A stretch of DNA of 32,000 nucleotides from Candidatus Methylomirabilis oxygeniifera. GTDB lineage: Bacteria; Methylomirabilota; Methylomirabilia; Methylomirabilales; Methylomirabilaceae. Position 1 is the stretch's first letter, and each line of letters opens with the position of its first letter. The translations under genes were made by a program, and so were the position numbers. Positions 16,600 to 21,756 of the stretch are shown here, in pieces. The DNA lies in NCBI GenBank assembly GCA_000091165.1, contig FP565575.1, forward strand, positions 540,001 to 572,000, written 5' to 3'. The notes beneath the pieces were generated by a model that was not told the DNA's origin, did no database searches, and saw only the letters and a program-made list of their open reading frames with translations.

Positions 16600-17166
16600 A
16601 TGGCGGGTGCCAAACGCGAGAGATCGAATCGAAACCTACCCGATGAAGGGCCTGTCGCATTGCCTGAGACCGACGACGGGACCGTCCTGTTCAATGTCCC
16701 GTTCCCTCAGGATCTGGCCCAACTCAAAACCATGGCCCCCATCATCCTCAAGCAGTCCTACCAGATCGACTACATCCACAGCTACGGACAGGACTCCCCT
16801 TTCTTTGCAGGTCTCGCCAACGGCAAGCTGCTTGGGACGGTCTGCACGAAGTGTGGCTACAAATACGCGACGCCTAAGCTGCACTGTATGGATTGCGGCA
16901 GCGAGTGCGACTGGTTCGAGCTCCCCCAGATCGGCGCGGTCCACACCTTCACCGTCTGTTACTTCGGGGGCGAGGAGTTCCTGAAGGAGACCCCATTTGT
17001 GCTGATCCTGGTGGAGTGGCCTGGTATCGATACCCTGTTTCTCTCGCGGCTGCTCGGCGTCGATCCACTAAATCCTTCACTGGAGTGGGTCGGGATGAAG
17101 GTTCGGGCAAAATTCCGCCGCCTCTCCAAGTTCAAGCCGACCGACGTCTACTTCATCCCGGCGTAG
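16600..17166 (+). CDS. DUF35 OB-fold / zinc-ribbon protein (thiolase-associated)
   Basis: Rubredoxin-like CTKCGYKYATPKLHCMDCGS followed by an OB-fold region. AAGGAGG Shine-Dalgarno. The usual partner of thiolase-fold proteins. Confidence 0.8.
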   Translation: MAGAKRERSNRNLPDEGPVALPETDDGTVLFNVPFPQDLAQLKTMAPIILKQSYQIDYIHSYGQDSPFFAGLANGKLLGTVCTKCGYKYATPKLHCMDCGSECDWFELPQIGAVHTFTVCYFGGEEFLKETPFVLILVEWPGIDTLFLSRLLGVDPLNPSLEWVGMKVRAKFRRLSKFKPTDVYFIPA

Positions 17167-17187
17167 CGGTTACTGTACCGTAAAAAG

Positions 17188-17485
17188 GGGACAGACACTA
17201 TTATCGTGATAATTCGTGGTGTTTGCGGTCATGACCGTGCATGCCACGGATTGCCTTAACTGTTGCACCAGGCCACCCGTGCCACCCGCATCATGTGAGG
17301 CAACGAGGGAATGATCGCCAGGCGGTCTTTTTGACCGACAGCGATTCGAGGCCGCACGATGACAGAACGGCTACTACAAAGAGACGGGTTCATCTGGGGG
17401 GTGCGCAGGAAACTGGATGAGTAAGAGACGTATAGCAGAGGGGAAGACCAAGAAAGGATTTTAATAAATAAATAGTGTCTGTCCC
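17188..17485. mobile_element. ~300-bp relic element bounded by perfect 15-bp inverted repeats and enclosing a Y1-transposase N-terminal remnant
   Basis: GGGACAGACACTATT at 17188-17202 has its exact reverse complement, AATAGTGTCTGTCCC, at 17471-17485. Confidence 0.55.
17241..17420 (+). pseudogene. IS200/IS605-type (COG1943, REP-associated-like) Y1 transposase, N-terminal remnant
   Basis: The 59-codon ORF reads MPRIALTVAPGHPCHPHHVRQRGNDRQAVFLTDSD... Compare the common N-terminus MPRxxRxxxPGxxHHVxQRGNxRQxxF. Similarity is lost after about 35 aa, and the catalytic HUH and Tyr regions are absent. Confidence 0.5.
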
Positions 17486-17541
17486 TATATCGCTATATCA
17501 CTGACAGCCCCGCAATTGTTTGATGCCAAGAAGGGACACCA

Positions 17542-17889
17542 ATGAGTAACTTTGATACGACCATTGCCAAAATCCGTGCGTTTCGAGACGCACGCGATTG
17601 GATGCAGTTCCATAATCCCAAGAACCTCGCAATTTCCATTAATCTGGAATCGGCGGAGCTACTTGAGCATTTCCAGTGGAAGTCGATGGAGGAAAGCGAG
17701 GCGCACGCGAGAGCGGCGCGCGAAGAGATTGCAGAGGAAATAGCGGATGTCGCAATCTACCTGTTTGAGTTGGCTGATAATCTTGAAATCGATCTGCTCT
17801 CCAGTGTTGATGCGAAACTCGCCAAGAACGAAAGCAAATACCCTGTCGCGAAAGCCAAGGGTTCGGCAGCAAAATACAATCAACTCTAA
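17542..17889 (+). CDS. MazG-like nucleotide pyrophosphohydrolase (small single-domain type)
   Basis: FRDARDWMQFHNPKNLAISINLESAELLEHFQW...EEIADVAIYLFELADNLEIDL matches the MazG/NTP-PPase EExxE pattern. More AT-rich than its neighbours by eye. Confidence 0.8.
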   Translation: MSNFDTTIAKIRAFRDARDWMQFHNPKNLAISINLESAELLEHFQWKSMEESEAHARAAREEIAEEIADVAIYLFELADNLEIDLLSSVDAKLAKNESKYPVAKAKGSAAKYNQL

Positions 17890-17912
17890 GCCATGAACAT
17901 TCTGGAAAATAG

Positions 17913-17934
17913 GAAAATAGGGACAGCGACCATT
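17913..17934 (+). repeat. 22-nt direct repeat GAAAATAGGGACAGCGACCATT, left copy
   Basis: Identical 22-mer at 20882-20903. Preceded by a tandem duplication of GAAAATAG (17905-17920). Confidence 0.85.
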
Positions 17935-18207
17935 AAAAATGAGAAACTATAAGAACGCCGAACGTAAAAATCAGATGCTACGATTTTTGACGATAGGAAG
18001 CATTAGAGGGGTCTCAAGACAAAGACAGTCATCACGCATTGTGGAACAAAGGCGCGCAGGAGCGGTCTGTCTGCATGGTGCTCAACAATACCCTCGTACC
18101 GGGTGACTCGACCAACAGATGAGCGGAGTTCTCAAAAGAGCGACCCACGATCCACCGTCCTTCCCCACTCGCATCGTCATCTCCTGTGTTTCGATGCACA
18201 ATATCCC

Positions 18208-18237
18208 TTGACACGCAAAAAACAGCCCTCCTATACT
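18208..18237 (+). promoter_or_regulatory. Candidate promoter for exeA-gspB
   Basis: TTGACA (18208-18213), an 18-nt spacer, then TATACT (18232-18237), about 200 nt upstream of the exeA ATG. Confidence 0.35.
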
Positions 18238-18270
18238 TCCAGCCAGCGAAAGCAATGCCTTATCACATTG

Positions 18271-18298
18271 ATGATCAGTTGTCAGCTATCAGCAAGCT
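18271..18298. repeat. Heptamer tandem array in the exeA 5' leader
   Basis: ATGATCA GTTGTCA GCTATCA GCAAGCT. Confidence 0.5.
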
Positions 18299-18439
18299 GA
18301 ATAATGAGGGATGGTCGGGCGGCGGCTCCGACGGCGTAACGCTGTCGTTGTGCGCCGAAGACGGCCGGCGACATCCTCTCCGATTCTCGCGGCGGAAGGT
18401 GTCGGAAGGGCAGAGCGCAGCCCCCGTCCGCGTTACGTG

Positions 18440-20035
18440 ATGTATACGACGTTTTTCGGCCTCACCGAGGCCCCGTTCTCCATGACGCCCGATCCGCGCT
18501 ATCTCTATATGAGCGAGCGCCACCGTGACGCCTTGGCACACCTTCTCTACGGGGTCGGAGAAGGCGGCGGATTTGTGCAGCTCACCGGTGAGGTCGGAAC
18601 CGGGAAGACGACACTCTGTCGGTGTCTGCTGGAGCAACTGCCGCCCCGCGTGGACGTGGCGCTCATCCTCAATCCGCGGCTTACGGATATCGAGCTGCTC
18701 GCCGCGGTGTGCGATGAGCTCCGCATCCCGTATCCCGCCGGCACTACCAGCGGGAAGCCTTTTGTTGACGCGCTGTACCGACATCTGCTCGATGCGCACG
18801 CGCAGGGACGTCGCACGGTGCTCATCATCGACGAGGCGCAGGACCTCGCCGCCGAGGTCCTGGAGCAGATCCGACTGCTGACGAATCTCGAGACCCCAAC
18901 CCGGAAATTGTTACAGATTATCCTCATCGGCCAGCCGGAACTGATTCGGCTGCTCAACAGGGAAGAGCTCCGGCAATTGGCCCAGCGGATCACCGCGCGC
19001 TATCACCTGCTGGCGTTCTCCGAGGACGACACGCGAGCCTATATCGTTCATCGACTCCAGATCGCCGGCCAGAAGAAAGAGATCTTCACTGATGCGGCGA
19101 TACGCGCAGCGCATGAGTCGGCGCGCGGCATCCCGCGGCTGATCAACGCCATCTGCGACCGCGCGCTGCTCGGGGCCTATACGCAAGACCAGCATTGCGT
19201 GACGGCCGGCACGGTACGCCGCGCGGCGAGCGAGGTGCTCGGCGAGACGCTGACGCCGCAGCTCGTGCGTCGAGGGCGGTGGGCGGGTGCGGCGGTGCTC
19301 GTTGCGGTGCTCGTCACCGGCTCCTGGGCGTTCTTCACTCAGGAGCGGGCGCAGTTGATCCGGCGTGCCGTTGGCCCGAGTGCGATGAATTCGACATCGA
19401 GGCCCGGTACGCTCTCGGCGCTCCTTTCAGATCCCTCGCTACGGGCCGACAGGAAGTCGGCGTTTGCCGGCCTCTATGCGAGTTGGCGCCTTAATGTCGA
19501 CGGCTCCATGGACAACCTCGGCTGCGAGCGCGGTCGCTCCGACGGACTTCAGTGTCTCTTTAAGACGGGTACGTGGGGCAAGCTCCGTCGATTCAACCTG
19601 CCGGCCATCATCGAGCTGTCGACGCCGGCGGGAGATCGTCGGTACGCCACGGTGGTGGCCCTGGACGAGCAGAACGCGACTCTCGACTTCGGGGGGCGGC
19701 GGCACATGTTCCCGCTGGGCGAGATCGACCGCTACTGGGATGGTCCGTTTATTCTCCTCTGGAAGGCGCCGGAGTTGAGCTCGGTTCCCATCAGGCCGGG
19801 CGCGCGCGGCAAGGACGTAGAGTGGCTGCGAGAGCGGTTCGCCGAGTTCGACGGCGTTCCCGGCGGAGGACGGGATCGCCAGGTCTTCGACAACGACCTC
19901 CGTACCCGGGTGATCGCCTTCCAGCGTAGTCGGTCGCTCACGGCCGACGGAGTCGTCGGAAAGGAGACGCTGACCCATTTGAGCGCCGCGCAGCGCGATC
20001 CGAAGGTACCTCGCCTCCGGCGTGAAGGCTCGTAG
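18440..20035 (+). CDS. exeA: ExeA/GspA-like AAA ATPase with C-terminal peptidoglycan-binding domain
   Basis: MYTTFFGLTEAPFSMTPDPRYLY..., Walker A GEVGTGKTT, Walker B LIIDEAQ, a TM segment, and a C-terminal PG_binding_1-like ..RVIAFQRSRSLTADGVVGKETL... Start set at ATG 18440, because the upstream part of the ORF is Arg-rich junk. Confidence 0.85.
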   Translation: MYTTFFGLTEAPFSMTPDPRYLYMSERHRDALAHLLYGVGEGGGFVQLTGEVGTGKTTLCRCLLEQLPPRVDVALILNPRLTDIELLAAVCDELRIPYPAGTTSGKPFVDALYRHLLDAHAQGRRTVLIIDEAQDLAAEVLEQIRLLTNLETPTRKLLQIILIGQPELIRLLNREELRQLAQRITARYHLLAFSEDDTRAYIVHRLQIAGQKKEIFTDAAIRAAHESARGIPRLINAICDRALLGAYTQDQHCVTAGTVRRAASEVLGETLTPQLVRRGRWAGAAVLVAVLVTGSWAFFTQERAQLIRRAVGPSAMNSTSRPGTLSALLSDPSLRADRKSAFAGLYASWRLNVDGSMDNLGCERGRSDGLQCLFKTGTWGKLRRFNLPAIIELSTPAGDRRYATVVALDEQNATLDFGGRRHMFPLGEIDRYWDGPFILLWKAPELSSVPIRPGARGKDVEWLRERFAEFDGVPGGGRDRQVFDNDLRTRVIAFQRSRSLTADGVVGKETLTHLSAAQRDPKVPRLRREGS

Positions 20036-20042
20036 GCCGCAC

Positions 20043-20855
20043 ATGTCCTTTATCCTCGACGCATTGAAAAAGGCCGAGCGGGACCGACACTTGGCAGCCG
20101 TTTCCACGCCGGCAACCGTCCACCGGACGCCGGCGCCTCCTTTACGGCGCCGACGCCTCTGGCCGTGGATTGCGGGTGTGGTGATCGTTGTGAACGTGGG
20201 CGTCTGGTTGTGGCTACTGCGCCCGGCGCCGTCCGTCCCTGACGGAGCGACGGTGAGCGTGACTTGGGAACTCCCGACGTCCCCGGTACCAGCGGCGCCG
20301 GAGCAAGCCGCGCGGGCGCGTCCCGTCGAGTCCGTCGCCACACCGGATGCGCCGGACAGGGCAGCGGTTGTCGTGGCGCCGTCGCAAGCCCCACCCTTTG
20401 CCGCGAGGAGCGCGTCCCCCGTGCCCCTGTCGCGACTGGAGCAACATCCTGACGCGGCCCCACGGGCCGAGATGAAGCCGGCGCACGTGACATCCTCCGG
20501 AGTGGCCGCCCCGAGGTCCGACTCGCTTCCAAAGCCTGAGACCGCGCCGGAGAAGTCTCCGGCTCCTGCAGTGGACCCGGCTCCTGTGAAGCCCCTGGAG
20601 CGAGACCCGGCAACACCGCCGGCGTCTCAAGAACCGCCGGTCTCTCAGGAGGTCTTCGCGAAGCTGCACCTCCAGGTTCACGTCTATTCCGAGGTCCCCG
20701 CACAGCGCTGGGTCTTCATCAACAACCAAAAGTACGTCGAAGGCCAGCGGATCGACGCCAACCTTGTGGTCGAGAGCATCACGTCCGACGGAGTCTTCGT
20801 GAGCTACCAGGGCAAGCGGGCATTGCTCCGAACCGATCAGTCCGCCTCTCGCTGA
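20043..20855 (+). CDS. gspB: GspB/ExeB-like protein (N-terminal MSFILDALKKAE motif, TM helix, Pro/Ala-rich linker, C-terminal T2SS-B domain)
   Basis: MSFILDALKKAERDR is the signature GspB start. The C-terminus reads LHLQVHVYSEVPAQRWVFINNQKYVEGQRID..VVESITSDGVFVSYQGKRALL. Confidence 0.75.
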   Translation: MSFILDALKKAERDRHLAAVSTPATVHRTPAPPLRRRRLWPWIAGVVIVVNVGVWLWLLRPAPSVPDGATVSVTWELPTSPVPAAPEQAARARPVESVATPDAPDRAAVVVAPSQAPPFAARSASPVPLSRLEQHPDAAPRAEMKPAHVTSSGVAAPRSDSLPKPETAPEKSPAPAVDPAPVKPLERDPATPPASQEPPVSQEVFAKLHLQVHVYSEVPAQRWVFINNQKYVEGQRIDANLVVESITSDGVFVSYQGKRALLRTDQSASR

Positions 20856-20881
20856 CGAGCGCGAAGAGGTTTCGTCTCTGA

Positions 20882-20903
20882 GAAAATAGGGACAGCGACC
20901 ATT
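20882..20903 (+). repeat. 22-nt direct repeat GAAAATAGGGACAGCGACCATT, right copy
   Basis: Identical to 17913-17934 and 2969 bp downstream of it. Confidence 0.85.
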
Positions 20904-20929
20904 TATTACTCAGAGCAAAAATCGCCTGT

Positions 20930-21012
20930 CTCCCCCTTTAGCAAAGGGGGGGGAAGGGGGGTTTTGAACGATCGAGAAAACCCCCCGAATCTCCCTTTTT
21001 CAAGGGGGAAGT
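20930..21012. repeat. Head-to-head doublet of the G/C-run hairpin element
   Basis: TCCCCCTTTAGCAAAGGGGGGGGAAGGGGGGTTTT-GAACGATCGAG-AAAACCCCCCGAATCTCCCTTTTTCAAGGGGGAAG. GGGGGGTTTT/AAAACCCCCC are perfect complements, and each half resembles 16499-16540. Confidence 0.7.
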
Positions 21013-21183
21013 TGCTGGAGATATAGTGCAAGAGTGCAATCCGGTGAATGCTCTCCGCAATAAGGGTGATATAGGAAGAGTGTAGCAACCGGGAACATCG
21101 GGGACAGAACAGACCGGCAACGTAGGTGACATCGGTCGTCAGATAGAGCAGATGTGGGGTCGGCCGAGGAAGGAGTGGTTGCA

Positions 21184-21483
21184 ATGCGAGATCAAGCGGT
21201 GCGGGTAGTTGCCCACGTCGTTGCCCGTTTTGGGAAGGTGGAGGAACTCCGGGCTGTGTTGCAGGGCCTGGTCGAGCCGACGCGTAGGGAGCAGGGGTGT
21301 GTGACCTACGAACTACTCCAGAACAAGACGGATCCAACCGATTTCACGTTTGTGGAGGAGTGGCGCAGTGAGGCGGATCTTGATGCGCACTTGCAGTCGC
21401 CACATTTAAGACAAGCTCGTTTCAGGTTACCCGAGCTGTCCGTAACCGATCCGGACATTCGCCGGTATACCGTCGTTGGATAG
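21184..21483 (+). CDS. Antibiotic biosynthesis monooxygenase (ABM) domain protein
   Basis: ..VVAHVVARFGKVEELRAVLQGLVEPTRREQGCVTYELLQNKTDPTDFTFVEEWRSEADLDAHLQSPH.. is the ABM/YgiN-like pattern. Start at ATG 21184, which follows AAGGAG. Confidence 0.75.
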   Translation: MRDQAVRVVAHVVARFGKVEELRAVLQGLVEPTRREQGCVTYELLQNKTDPTDFTFVEEWRSEADLDAHLQSPHLRQARFRLPELSVTDPDIRRYTVVG

Positions 21484-21606
21484 CGATTGAGTCGATGGGT
21501 TGCCTGTCGAGCGGTGTTTTGTTAATATCCGTTTCGATGAGTTGAGTCGATTTCGAAATGAATTAGCCCACAGCAAGCTGCGGAATATTACCCGCTTTTC
21601 TGGCCC

Positions 21607-21699
21607 GTCATTCCATGCGCGACACGGAATCCAGTCGGGCCCTCTGGATACCGGCTCCCGCCGGTATGACGTACTCGCGGTAAGCCGCGGGGAATGAAC
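21607..21699. repeat. Nested palindromic element upstream of valS (GTCATTCC...GGAATCCAG type)
   Basis: Stems seen are ATTCC/GGAAT, ATCCAG/CTGGAT and ATACCGGC/GCCGGTAT (8 bp perfect), plus an outer GTCATTCC/GGAATGA. It resembles widely dispersed bacterial extragenic palindromes. There is only one copy in this window. Confidence 0.45.
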
Positions 21700-21756
21700 C
21701 CCTGTCGATTCAACTATTAGAGATAGAGAACAACTTCCCGTTGAAGGGTGGAATGA

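Noticed and set aside
18032-18214. 60-aa minus-strand ORF and a 55-codon plus-strand ORF (from ATG 17945) in the AT-rich leader before exeA
   Set aside because: No recognisable motifs, no Shine-Dalgarno, and an overlap with the candidate exeA promoter. Insufficient evidence to call a gene.
20022-20042. Longer GspB start (ATG 20022) overlapping the end of exeA
   Set aside because: The family-typical N-terminus MSFILDALKKAE begins at ATG 20043, just after the exeA stop. The extension adds only MKARRPH.
21484-21756. T-box or other riboswitch leader upstream of valS
   Set aside because: The structure is a set of nested perfect palindromes typical of REP-like elements. No T-box specifier/antiterminator arrangement or conserved T-box sequence is visible.
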